Assembly: GCA_035647075.1 (NCBI GenBank) | Contig: DASROF010000168.1 | Coordinates: 23,456-87,455 of the forward strand | Length of the DNA stretch: 64,000 bases | Source of the DNA: Vicinamibacterales bacterium | GTDB taxonomy: Bacteria; Acidobacteriota; Vicinamibacteria; Vicinamibacterales; UBA2999 | Reading direction: 5' to 3' | In this document: in pieces, positions 7,457 to 15,556 of the stretch | Layout: each line of letters begins with the position of its first letter | How positions within the stretch are numbered: the stretch's first letter is position 1 | Notes under the pieces: generated by a model | Told to the model about the DNA's origin: nothing | The model's database searches: none | What the model saw: the letters and a program-made list of their open reading frames with translations, nothing else | Program-made: the position numbers and the translations under genes

Positions 7457-9508
7457 TCAGCGAAAAATGCCGCGTATTCCCTTCCCGATTGCCCGGATCA
7501 AACCGCCCACGGCCTTCTGCGCCTCCTGCTTGAACGATCCCTCATGAATCGGGCACAGCTGCGTCGGCACGCTGTCGCCATCCTTGAAGTACTCAACGTA
7601 GGTCGGACAGCCATCAACGGGCCGCTGGTATGAGATCAGGCAGAGCTCGTGAGGTTCGAGATCGGCGGGTGCTTCGAAGGACCGGGCAGGGACCAGCCGC
7701 TGTACGCGCCGCATGAAATCCGCCCAGATCGGGAGTGCGATCCGTGCGCCGGTCCCACCCTGTCGTATGGTCTGCGGTTGATCGAACCCGGCCCAGACGC
7801 CGACGACGACCGACGAGTTGAAGCCGACGAACCAGGCGTCTCGGTAGTCGTTAGTTGATCCTGTTTTGCCGCCAATCGGTCCACTCAGTCCGTACGACCG
7901 TGCTGACGCTCCGGTGCCGCGAGACACGACATCTTCGAGCATCGTCACCATCTGAAAGGCGACGTCCTCGGTAAGGATCCGTTCCTTTTCCACGTGGTCG
8001 TACTCGACCGTCTCACCCGATGCGTTTTCAACCGACTGAATGCCGCGCGATTTCACGCGGTAGCCACCGTTCGGGAAGACTGCGTACGCGGTAGTCAGTT
8101 CGAGCGGGGTGACCAGCCCGCTGCCCAGCGCCAGCGAGGGCACGTCCGGCTGATTCGGTACCCCGAGGTCGGTGACGAGCTTCAACACCGGCCGCGTGCC
8201 GACCTGCTGCTGCAACAGCACCGCCGCGGCATTGTTCGATTCGAGCAGTGCCTCCCGGAGCGTCATCTCATCGCGGTCGGTGGTGCGCTCGTCGCGCGGA
8301 ATCCACACGCCTTCGGAGGCCTCGACAGACACCTGGTGCAGCCCGCGGAGTACGGAGACAGGCGATAGGCCGTGCTCCAGCGCCGCGGCATAGACGAACG
8401 GCTTGAATGCCGATCCGGGCTGCCGGTGGCTCTTCACGGCGCGGTTGAACGTTGTCACGGCGAAGTCGGAGCCGCCGACCATTGCCAGGATGTTGCCGTT
8501 CTGCGGTTCCAGGGCGATGAGCGCGACCTGCAGGCCGGGCACGCGCAGCCGCCGCAGTACGTCGCGCACGGAGGCCTCCGCCGCGTCCTGCATCTTCGGG
8601 TCGAATGTCGTATGGACTTTCCAGTCAGGTGGATTGTCGCCACCGTAGACGTTGCGGAACTGCTGGCGCAGGTATTCCTTGGCGTAGCCATGTCTTGCGC
8701 TCGACACCGCCGGCGGTGGCTGGATTCGGATCTGTTCGGCTCGCGCGCTGCGCTCCTGCTCCGCTGTGATCTTCTTTTCCTCGCGCATCCGCTGGAGGAC
8801 GACAAAGCTTCGCTGTCGCGCGGACTCGAGGTGCTGCCACGGCGAATAGGTGGCCGGCGCGCGGATGATGCCAGCGATCAGTGCGGCCTCACCCAGGGTC
8901 AATTGAGACGCCGGCTTTCGCAGCATCTTCTGCGACATCGTCTCCACGCCATAGACGCCGCCACTGAGAAAGACCCGATTGAGGTAGAGCTCGAGGATCT
9001 CCTTCTTGCTCAGGAAGATTTCGAGCATCACCGCGAGGGCCGCCTCCTTGACCTTACGGCCATATGTCTTGGAGTTCGAAAGGAACAGCGTCCGAGCCAG
9101 CTGCTGCGTAATCGTGCTTCCGCCTTGAGTGCTGTCCGTGCGGAGGTTCGAGAACGCCGCACGACTGAGGCCGATCGGATCAATCCCCGGATGGTGGTAG
9201 TACCGGTGATCTTCGATGGCGATGACCGCATCCTTGAGGTAGGCCGAAATCTTCGACAGCGGCACGTCGCGGCGCTGTTCATCGAGACGAAACCACTCAC
9301 GGCCGTAACCGTCGAGGAACACCGTATCGCCGACGCCGCGATTCAGCCCGTAAATCGCCCAGGCGTAGCGCGCGGTCCAGGCCGTGGTCATCACGACAGC
9401 GATCAGCGCCAGGGCGGCCGCAGTGACCCTGACCCACTTGTTCCGGGTCAGTCCACCTGCGCGCGAAGCGCTCCGGCGGACAAGCGATTGGACGACGGAC
9501 AGCCGCAT
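7457..9508 (-). CDS. mrcA: Penicillin-binding protein 1A (bifunctional glycosyltransferase/transpeptidase)
   Basis: GT51 motifs 'IAIEDHRYYHHPGIDP' and 'GGSTITQQLAR'. Transpeptidase motifs 'SAFKPFVY' (SxxK) and 'KTGSTND' (KTG). The tracked ORF starts at TTG 9523; the first ATG is at 9508. Confidence 0.9.
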   Translation of the reverse strand: MRLSVVQSLVRRSASRAGGLTRNKWVRVTAAALALIAVVMTTAWTARYAWAIYGLNRGVGDTVFLDGYGREWFRLDEQRRDVPLSKISAYLKDAVIAIEDHRYYHHPGIDPIGLSRAAFSNLRTDSTQGGSTITQQLARTLFLSNSKTYGRKVKEAALAVMLEIFLSKKEILELYLNRVFLSGGVYGVETMSQKMLRKPASQLTLGEAALIAGIIRAPATYSPWQHLESARQRSFVVLQRMREEKKITAEQERSARAEQIRIQPPPAVSSARHGYAKEYLRQQFRNVYGGDNPPDWKVHTTFDPKMQDAAEASVRDVLRRLRVPGLQVALIALEPQNGNILAMVGGSDFAVTTFNRAVKSHRQPGSAFKPFVYAAALEHGLSPVSVLRGLHQVSVEASEGVWIPRDERTTDRDEMTLREALLESNNAAAVLLQQQVGTRPVLKLVTDLGVPNQPDVPSLALGSGLVTPLELTTAYAVFPNGGYRVKSRGIQSVENASGETVEYDHVEKERILTEDVAFQMVTMLEDVVSRGTGASARSYGLSGPIGGKTGSTNDYRDAWFVGFNSSVVVGVWAGFDQPQTIRQGGTGARIALPIWADFMRRVQRLVPARSFEAPADLEPHELCLISYQRPVDGCPTYVEYFKDGDSVPTQLCPIHEGSFKQEAQKAVGGLIRAIGKGIRGIFR

Positions 9509-9522
9509 AATAGGTTGCGTCA

Positions 9523-10728
9523 ATGAAGTTTAGACGCTCATCTGCTCTGTTCGTTCTGGCCGTTGCCGCCGCAGTCGACGTCGTGTCCGGCTTCGGCCGA
9601 ACCCTCGACGTAGTGTCCGGCTTCAGCCGGACCTTCGACTTTGACGTCGTGTACGAGGTTAGCCCGACCCTCCTCGCGCAGAGCCAGCCGTTGGAACGCG
9701 ACTTTCTCACCCGAATCCGGCGTCTGACGATCGAAGGCCGGCGCTCCGGCGAAGGCTACTGGTCGAAGGACGGTACGCAACTGGTCTTCCAGAGCGAGCG
9801 TGAGCCGGGAAATCCCTTCTATCAGATCTATCTGATGGACATGGAGACTGGAAACACGACGCGCGTGTCCCCGGGTATCGGCAAGACCACCTGCTCTTTC
9901 CTCAACCCCGCGACGGGAGACATCCTGTTCGCGTCCACGCATCACGATCCGCGGTCGAAGCAGTTTCAGGACGAAGAGCTGAAGTTCCGCGCGTCAGGCC
10001 AGGAACGCCGGTATTCCTGGGACTACGACCCCGAGATGGAGCTCTACGTCCGCAGTAAGCAGAGCGGGACGTATCGTCGGCTGACCAACAAGCGTGGTTA
10101 TGACGCTGAAGGCAGTTACTCGCCGGACGGACAGTGGATCGTCTTCTCGTCCACGCGCGACGCGTACGACCGCAATCTGTCGGCGGCCGAGCGAAAGCAA
10201 CTCGACACGGATCCGAGCTACTTCGGCGAGATTTACATCATGCGCGCTGACGCCGACGGTTCGGGTCCGAAGCGTCTGACGAATGTGCCCGGCTACGACG
10301 GTGGACCATTCTTCTCGCCGGACGGCAAACGGATCGTGTGGCGACGGTTCAATGAGTCGGGTCTGCTCGCGGATGTGTATACGATGAATCTCGATGGAAC
10401 CGACCAGCGGCGGCTTACCGACTTCGGGGCCATGAGCTGGGCGCCGTACATTCACCCATCCGGCGAATACATCATCTTCTCGTCGAACAAGCTCGGGTTC
10501 GAGAATTTCGAGCTGTTCCTCGTCGATATCGATGGCAAGAAGGAACCGGTGCGCGTCACGTACAGCGATGGGTTCGACGGCCTGCCTGTTCCCTCTCCCG
10601 ACGGCCGGCAGCTGGCGTGGACGTCAAACCGCGCTGGCGGACGTGAAGGACAGATCTATCTCGCCGCGTGGAATCACGACGCCGCGCGGGCGGCGCTCAA
10701 GGCGGCGCCCGACAGGAAGACACCGTAG
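9523..10728 (+). CDS. TolB-like periplasmic beta-propeller (PD40/WD40-like repeats) protein
   Basis: Signal peptide 'MKFRRSSALFVLAVAAAV'. PD40 repeat signatures recur: 'WSKDGTQLVFQSE', 'YSPDGQWIVFSS', 'FSPDGKRIVW', 'PSPDGRQLAWTSNR'. Confidence 0.8.
   Translation: MKFRRSSALFVLAVAAAVDVVSGFGRTLDVVSGFSRTFDFDVVYEVSPTLLAQSQPLERDFLTRIRRLTIEGRRSGEGYWSKDGTQLVFQSEREPGNPFYQIYLMDMETGNTTRVSPGIGKTTCSFLNPATGDILFASTHHDPRSKQFQDEELKFRASGQERRYSWDYDPEMELYVRSKQSGTYRRLTNKRGYDAEGSYSPDGQWIVFSSTRDAYDRNLSAAERKQLDTDPSYFGEIYIMRADADGSGPKRLTNVPGYDGGPFFSPDGKRIVWRRFNESGLLADVYTMNLDGTDQRRLTDFGAMSWAPYIHPSGEYIIFSSNKLGFENFELFLVDIDGKKEPVRVTYSDGFDGLPVPSPDGRQLAWTSNRAGGREGQIYLAAWNHDAARAALKAAPDRKTP
9577..9652. repeat. REP-like 30-bp tandem repeat (2 full units plus a partial third) containing a GTCCGGC-TTCA-GCCGGAC hairpin, located in frame inside the TolB-like CDS
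   Basis: Unit 1 is 9577-9606 and unit 2 is 9607-9636, with 26/30 nt identical. A partial unit is at 9643-9652. A perfect 7-bp stem with a 4-nt loop is at 9615-9632. The repeat encodes DVVSGFGRTL/DVVSGFSRTF. A related copy lies at 56841-56864. Confidence 0.75.
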
Positions 10729-10744
10729 CGATGAAGAGTTCTTC

Positions 10745-12556
10745 ATGCAGATGAAATCGAGACTCCTTGTACTGGCGCTGGCTGTTACTGCCGCAGCGCC
10801 GCTACCGGCGCAAGTCGCCACTGCGTCCAGGACGCGAGCGCATGTCGAGACGCTGGCCTCCGAGACATTTGGTGGACGCGAGGCGGGTTCCGGGGGCGAG
10901 CGGCTCGCAGCCGATTACATCGTCTCGCAGCTCACACGTATCGGCGCGCAACCATTGCCTGGCCGGCGAGACATGTTTCAGTCATTTGAGTTCACGGCGG
11001 GAAGCCGTGACGGCGGTTCGACCATCAGCACGACGGCTGGCGCCGCGACGACCGCCGCGGCTCCCACCGACGTTCGCGCCCTGGCCTTCTCGGACGATGC
11101 CACTGCGACGGGCGAAGTGGTCTTTGCCGGATACGGGATCGTGGTACCCGAGTCGGCGAACTTTGGCTACGACAGCTACGCAGGCCTCGACGTGAAGGAC
11201 AAGGTCGTCCTCGTCCTGCGTTACTTTGCAGAGGACGCGGACGCGCAGACGAAAGCGACGCTTGCCCGCTATTCCGATCTTCGTTACAAGGCCAACGCGG
11301 CTCGTCAGAGAGGCGCGAAAGGGATGCTCGTGGTCACCGGCCCGCGGTCCCCGAATGCGGGTGAGCTCGTGCCGATGACGTTCGACACAGCCATCGCCGG
11401 CTCCGGAATCCCCGCCGCGAGCATCACCGCGAAGGTCGCTGCGGCGCTTTTTCAAAAGAGCGGCCGGTCACTGGCGGACGCTCAGAAGGATCTCGACTCT
11501 GGAAATCCGCACGTTGCCGGATTCGCGCTGGGCGTTCAGGTGCAGCTGACGACGCGTGTCATACGTGAGAAGAAGACCGCCCGCAACGTTGTCGCGTTCA
11601 TCCCCGCGACAGGATCGACGAGCGACATCCAGAAGCCCTGGGTTGCTCTTGGTGCCCACTACGACCACCTCGGCACCGGCACGGGCGGCAACTCGCTGGC
11701 ATCGCGCGAGGAGGCCGGGAAACCGCACGTCGGCGCTGACGACAATGCGTCCGGAACCGCCGCGGTTATCGCGCTCGCCGAAGCGCTCTCGAAGCAGCCA
11801 CAGCGAAAGCGCAATCTCCTGATCGCGCTCTGGTCTGCCGAGGAGATCGGGCTGATCGGCTCGAAGGAATTCGTGACGATGCCGCCGGTCCCCATTGATC
11901 AGATCGAGGCGTACGTGAACTTCGACATGGTTGGCCGCATGAAGGACAACAAGCTGGCGGCGCAGGCGACGGGGACGAGTCCAGTGTGGGGATCCCTCAT
12001 TGAGCGCGCAAACGTCCGCGCCGGGTTCGATATCGCGATTCAGCCCGACCCCTATCAGCCCACCGACGTCAGCAGCTTCAACGACGCCGCTGTGCCGAGC
12101 CTCAACTTCACGACCGGCGCCCATACCGACTATCACAAGCCGTCGGACACGGCCGACAAGATCAACTATGAGGACCTCGATCGCGTCGTGGATCTGGCTG
12201 CGGCCATCACCCGCCAGTTGCTCGAGCTCGACGTCCCGCCCCAATTCACGAAAGTCGAACAGTCGTCTCAGACCCCAAGCCGAACGGGGCTCCGCGTGTT
12301 CACGGGTACCGTTCCTGACTACACCGCGGAAGTAAAAGGGCTGCTGCTTGGTGGCGTGGTGGCTGGCGGTCCGGCGGAAAAGGCCGGTCTGCAGAAGGGC
12401 GACCTCATCGTCGAGATCGCCGGGCAGTCGATCACGAACATCTACGACTACACCTACGCCCTGGAGCTGCTGAAGATCGATCAGCCGGTGAAGGTCGTCT
12501 ATACACGTGCCGGCAAGCGTATTGAAACTACTCTGACGCCGACGGTCCGGCGGTAG
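10745..12556 (+). CDS. M28 family aminopeptidase with PA domain and C-terminal PDZ domain
   Basis: Start set at ATG 10745, giving signal peptide 'MQMKSRLLVLALAVTAAAPLPAQ'. M28 metal-ligand motifs are 'GAHYDHLG', 'GADDNASGTAAV' and 'LWSAEEIGLIGS'. The C-terminal 'GGPAEKAGLQKGDLIVEIAG' is PDZ-like. Confidence 0.85.
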   Translation: MQMKSRLLVLALAVTAAAPLPAQVATASRTRAHVETLASETFGGREAGSGGERLAADYIVSQLTRIGAQPLPGRRDMFQSFEFTAGSRDGGSTISTTAGAATTAAAPTDVRALAFSDDATATGEVVFAGYGIVVPESANFGYDSYAGLDVKDKVVLVLRYFAEDADAQTKATLARYSDLRYKANAARQRGAKGMLVVTGPRSPNAGELVPMTFDTAIAGSGIPAASITAKVAAALFQKSGRSLADAQKDLDSGNPHVAGFALGVQVQLTTRVIREKKTARNVVAFIPATGSTSDIQKPWVALGAHYDHLGTGTGGNSLASREEAGKPHVGADDNASGTAAVIALAEALSKQPQRKRNLLIALWSAEEIGLIGSKEFVTMPPVPIDQIEAYVNFDMVGRMKDNKLAAQATGTSPVWGSLIERANVRAGFDIAIQPDPYQPTDVSSFNDAAVPSLNFTTGAHTDYHKPSDTADKINYEDLDRVVDLAAAITRQLLELDVPPQFTKVEQSSQTPSRTGLRVFTGTVPDYTAEVKGLLLGGVVAGGPAEKAGLQKGDLIVEIAGQSITNIYDYTYALELLKIDQPVKVVYTRAGKRIETTLTPTVRR

Positions 12557-13283
12557 GCCGGTCCCGGCGACGGGCGAGGATCATCGACACTGCGAAGATC
12601 ACCGCAATCAGTCCGAGTGAGAGCCACTTCGGCACCTCGAAGTGAACCCAACCGGCGCTGTGCAGGAACTCGAAGACCAGCTTGATCGCCACCCACCCGA
12701 TGATGACGAACGCGCCATCAACGAGTGTCGGGTAGCGCTGGACGAGCGCCAGCAGCTGTCCGATCACCAGGCGCATCGCGATCACACCCAGCAGCCCGCC
12801 GGTGACGATTACCCACGTCTTGTTGGAGAGCGCGACGGCTACGAGGATTGAGTCGACAGCGAAGACGATATCCGTCAGCTCGACTTTGGCCACAGTCGAC
12901 CAGAACGGGCTCATCCCCAACCAGGCCGTGGCGGGCCGTGGTGCTCGTCGATCGGTCCCTTCTGCGTGTCCGGTGAAATGCTGATACGGCAGCCACAGCA
13001 AATACGCGGCGCCGATCAGCAGCACGAACTGAATGTCCTTGAGGTAGACGGCCAGCAGCGTCGCCGCGATCCGGAACGTGAAGGCGCCGACGATGCCATA
13101 CCGGAGAGCCTTGCGCTGTTCCGTCCGGGGCAAGCCGAGCACGAGGATCGCAAGGACCATCGCGTTGTCGGCGCTGAGCAGCGCTTCCAGCACGACGAGC
13201 AGGCCGATCGTCAGGAAATCTGAAGGTGACACTCCTTCTTCGGACGGCAAAGCAAACTGCAGTTCGGTTGCGGTGATTTCCAC
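12528..13283 (-). CDS. TerC family integral membrane protein (paralog 1)
   Basis: Contains 'LEALLSADNAMVLAILVLGLP...QRKALRYGIVGAFTFRIAATLL' with multiple TM segments. GTG start. Second gene of a tandem pair. Confidence 0.85.
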   Translation of the reverse strand: MEITATELQFALPSEEGVSPSDFLTIGLLVVLEALLSADNAMVLAILVLGLPRTEQRKALRYGIVGAFTFRIAATLLAVYLKDIQFVLLIGAAYLLWLPYQHFTGHAEGTDRRAPRPATAWLGMSPFWSTVAKVELTDIVFAVDSILVAVALSNKTWVIVTGGLLGVIAMRLVIGQLLALVQRYPTLVDGAFVIIGWVAIKLVFEFLHSAGWVHFEVPKWLSLGLIAVIFAVSMILARRRDRPTAGPSASE

Positions 13284-13295
13284 GCTGACTCGACC

Positions 13296-14048
13296 CTACC
13301 CTTCGCTCTCTTCGCGGCCCTCGAGCATCTCTTCGGCTCTTTCCGTCAGCCGGCTGGTCGGCGGCGGCGGCCCCTGAGTCTTCGCGATGATCAACGAGAT
13401 GAAGAAGATCGCAACGACCAGGCCGATTGAGACCCACTGTGAAATCTCGAGCGGAAAATACCCAAGATCGTGCATGTATTCGAGGCCGAGCTTCAAGCCA
13501 ACCCACGCGATGATGATGAACGCGCCGTCCACGAGCGTCGGATACCGCTCGACCAGCACAATCAGCTGACCCACAACGACGCGCATGGCCACGATGCCGA
13601 GGATGCCGCCGGTGATGACGACCCACCGTTTCGGTGACATGCCCACGGCGACGAGAATCGAATCAACGGAAAAGGCCAGGTTGATCAGCTCGACACGAAC
13701 CACCGTTGCCCAGAAGGCCGACAGGCCCAGCCACGGCTTCGCCCGTGGGGCTGCTCGTCGATCGGTGCCTTCCTCATGGCCCCAGAAATGGGAATACGTC
13801 AGGTACAGGAGGTACAGCCCGCCGAGCAGCTTCACCCATCCGATCCGAATCAGGTAGGTGGCCAGCAGGGTGGCCGCGATGCGGAAGGCGAACCCGCCGA
13901 GCAACCCGTATCGAAGCGCCTTCTTGTGCTGGTTCTTCGGAAGTCCCAGCACCATGATGGCCATGACCAGCGCGTTATCCGCGCTGAGCAGACCTTCCAG
14001 CAGGACCAGCAGAGCAACGGTGACGAGATCGGGGGCGGCGATGTCCAA
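13296..14048 (-). CDS. TerC family integral membrane protein (paralog 2)
   Basis: Contains 'LEGLLSADNALVMAIMVLGLPKNQHKKALRYGLLGGFAFRIAATLL' and is collinear with the downstream paralog. TTG start at 14048. There is a 12-nt gap to paralog 1. Confidence 0.85.
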   Translation of the reverse strand: MDIAAPDLVTVALLVLLEGLLSADNALVMAIMVLGLPKNQHKKALRYGLLGGFAFRIAATLLATYLIRIGWVKLLGGLYLLYLTYSHFWGHEEGTDRRAAPRAKPWLGLSAFWATVVRVELINLAFSVDSILVAVGMSPKRWVVITGGILGIVAMRVVVGQLIVLVERYPTLVDGAFIIIAWVGLKLGLEYMHDLGYFPLEISQWVSIGLVVAIFFISLIIAKTQGPPPPTSRLTERAEEMLEGREESEG

Positions 14049-14105
14049 GCGGTTTCCCGATCGTATCGCAGGGGTTGACTGCCGCTCGATCTCGTTGGCC
14101 CGAAC

Positions 14106-14126
14106 CTTGATTCGGATCGTATCAAG
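14106..14126. promoter_or_regulatory. HAIR-like (HspR-associated inverted repeat) operator
   Basis: CTTGATT-N7-TATCAAG has the 7-N7-7 geometry of the Streptomyces/Helicobacter HAIR consensus CTTGAGT-N7-ACTCAAG. It lies 39 nt upstream of hspR and overlaps the predicted -35 element. Confidence 0.6.
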
Positions 14127-14135
14127 TCCTATACT
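14107..14135 (+). promoter_or_regulatory. Sigma-70-like promoter of the hspR operon
   Basis: TTGATT (14107-14112), a 17-nt spacer, then TATACT (14130-14135). An AGGGAG Shine-Dalgarno sequence sits just before ATG 14165. Confidence 0.5.
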
Positions 14136-14164
14136 CGTCTTATATCAAGGTTGAGCAGGGAGCT

Positions 14165-14521
14165 ATGGCAGGGGCCGCAAACAATCGCACGGAGCTGTTC
14201 TTCATCAGCATGGCAGCGGACATGCTCGGGATGCATCCGCAAACGTTGCGGAAGTACGAACGGCTCGGCCTGGTGCGTCCGTCGCGGACGATCGGCAGTA
14301 TGCGGCTGTATTCGCGCGAAGAGCTCGAACGGCTGCGGTTGATCAAGCACCTCGTGGACGAGCTCGGGATCAACCTGGCTGGCGTCCAGCGGCTGCTCAT
14401 CGTCGCGGAAACCATGCAGCGCATCCGGCCGCTGATGGAGGACAACGCCTTGAGTAGCGGCGCCGGTCGGCGCCAGTTGATGACGGAGATCCGACGGCTC
14501 ACGGACGCCGTCGGTTTGTAG
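14165..14521 (+). CDS. hspR: MerR-family heat-shock repressor HspR
   Basis: The HTH 'FFISMAADMLGMHPQTLRKYERLGLVRPSRTIGSMRLYSREELERLRLIKHL' is typical of HspR. It is followed by chaperone genes. Confidence 0.85.
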   Translation: MAGAANNRTELFFISMAADMLGMHPQTLRKYERLGLVRPSRTIGSMRLYSREELERLRLIKHLVDELGINLAGVQRLLIVAETMQRIRPLMEDNALSSGAGRRQLMTEIRRLTDAVGL

Positions 14522-14522
14522 C

Positions 14523-15539
14523 GTGGAATTCAAGGACTATTACTCGACGCTTGGCGTCGCCAAGACGGCTACCGAGAAGGAGATCAAGCAGACCTTTCGG
14601 AAGCTGGCTCGGAAGCATCACCCGGACGTCAACCCGGGCGACAAGGCCGCTGAAGCGAAGTTCAAGGAGATCAACGAGGCTTACGAGGTCCTCGGCGATC
14701 CCGCCAAGCGGAAGAAGTACGACGAGCTGGGCGCCAACTGGCGGATGTATGAGCAGGCTGCTGCATCCGGCGCGGGCGCTGGCGCTGGCCCTGGCCCGTT
14801 TGGCGGTCAGTGGAACGTCAACGTCGGTGGCGGCCAGGGTGGCCGCCGGACGATGACGCAGGAAGAGATGGAGGAGCTGTTCGGCGACGCGAACCCCTTC
14901 TCCGACTTTTTCACCACCTTCTTCGGGGGCGGCGGGTTCGAGCCCGCGGAAGGTGAACGCGGTTCACGTAGCCGGATGAGGCAGCGTGCGGGGCGGGACG
15001 TCGAACATGAGATCGAGTTGACCCTCGAGGATGCGTACCACGGCACGACGCGCCGCCTGGCCCTCAAGCAGGACGGACACGCACGCACCGTGGACGTTCG
15101 CATCCCGGCGGGCGTCGGCGACGGATCGCGCGTGCGGGTGTCCGGCGAGGGCGAACATGGCGTTGGCGGGGCCGCCGCGGGCGATCTGTACTTGCGCGTT
15201 CGGTTGGCGCCGCATCCGCTGTTCGAGCGCAAGGGACGCGACTTGTACGTGAAGGCGCCCCTGCCGGTCACGACGGCGGTGCTGGGCGGCGAGGCGGAGG
15301 TGCAGACGCTTGCCGGTAAACCCGCACGGCTGCGCATCCCGCCGCTGACACAAAACGGCCAGGTCTTCCGTCTCAAGGGATTCGGAATGCCGGCAGTTGG
15401 CAAGACGGGTGACAAGGGCGATCTCTACGCGCGCGTCGAGGTGCAGTTGCCGACGCAACTGAGTGCCGAGGAGCGCGCGCATTACGAAGCGCTCGCCAAG
15501 TTGAGCGGAGGCGCCGCGAATACCCATAGCGCGGCATAG
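14523..15539 (+). CDS. cbpA: DnaJ-class co-chaperone without zinc finger (CbpA-like)
   Basis: J domain 'DYYSTLGV...[12 protein letters not shown]' with HPD. A G-rich linker and C-terminal substrate-binding domains follow, with no CxxCxGxG repeats. GTG start is 1 nt after the hspR stop. Confidence 0.85.
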   Translation: MEFKDYYSTLGVAKTATEKEIKQTFRKLARKHHPDVNPGDKAAEAKFKEINEAYEVLGDPAKRKKYDELGANWRMYEQAAASGAGAGAGPGPFGGQWNVNVGGGQGGRRTMTQEEMEELFGDANPFSDFFTTFFGGGGFEPAEGERGSRSRMRQRAGRDVEHEIELTLEDAYHGTTRRLALKQDGHARTVDVRIPAGVGDGSRVRVSGEGEHGVGGAAAGDLYLRVRLAPHPLFERKGRDLYVKAPLPVTTAVLGGEAEVQTLAGKPARLRIPPLTQNGQVFRLKGFGMPAVGKTGDKGDLYARVEVQLPTQLSAEERAHYEALAKLSGGAANTHSAA

Positions 15540-15556
15540 CAGGCGGCGGAACTGGT

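Noticed and set aside
10532-10744. N-terminal extensions of tracked ORFs (10532 for the M28 peptidase, 36681 for the sigma factor, 31928 for ilvD, 61827 for the GT2, 2879 for the VWA protein, 4221 for the DUF4390-like protein)
   Set aside because: The extensions overlap the upstream gene or intergenic repeats and look like junk. Better starts exist that give signal peptides or family-typical N-termini.
12528-12556. A 29-nt convergent overlap between the M28 peptidase and TerC paralog 1, and the shared CTAG stop of eutBC/coxG at 1113-1116
   Set aside because: Short 3'-end overlaps are common in compact GC-rich genomes. Both C-termini look normal, so I do not consider these noteworthy.
14049-14105. 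A possible yybP-ykoY (Mn) riboswitch in the leader of the TerC pair
   Set aside because: The leader is short and shared with the hspR promoter and operator. I could not see the conserved four-way-junction sequence blocks by eye. A covariance-model scan is needed to exclude it formally.
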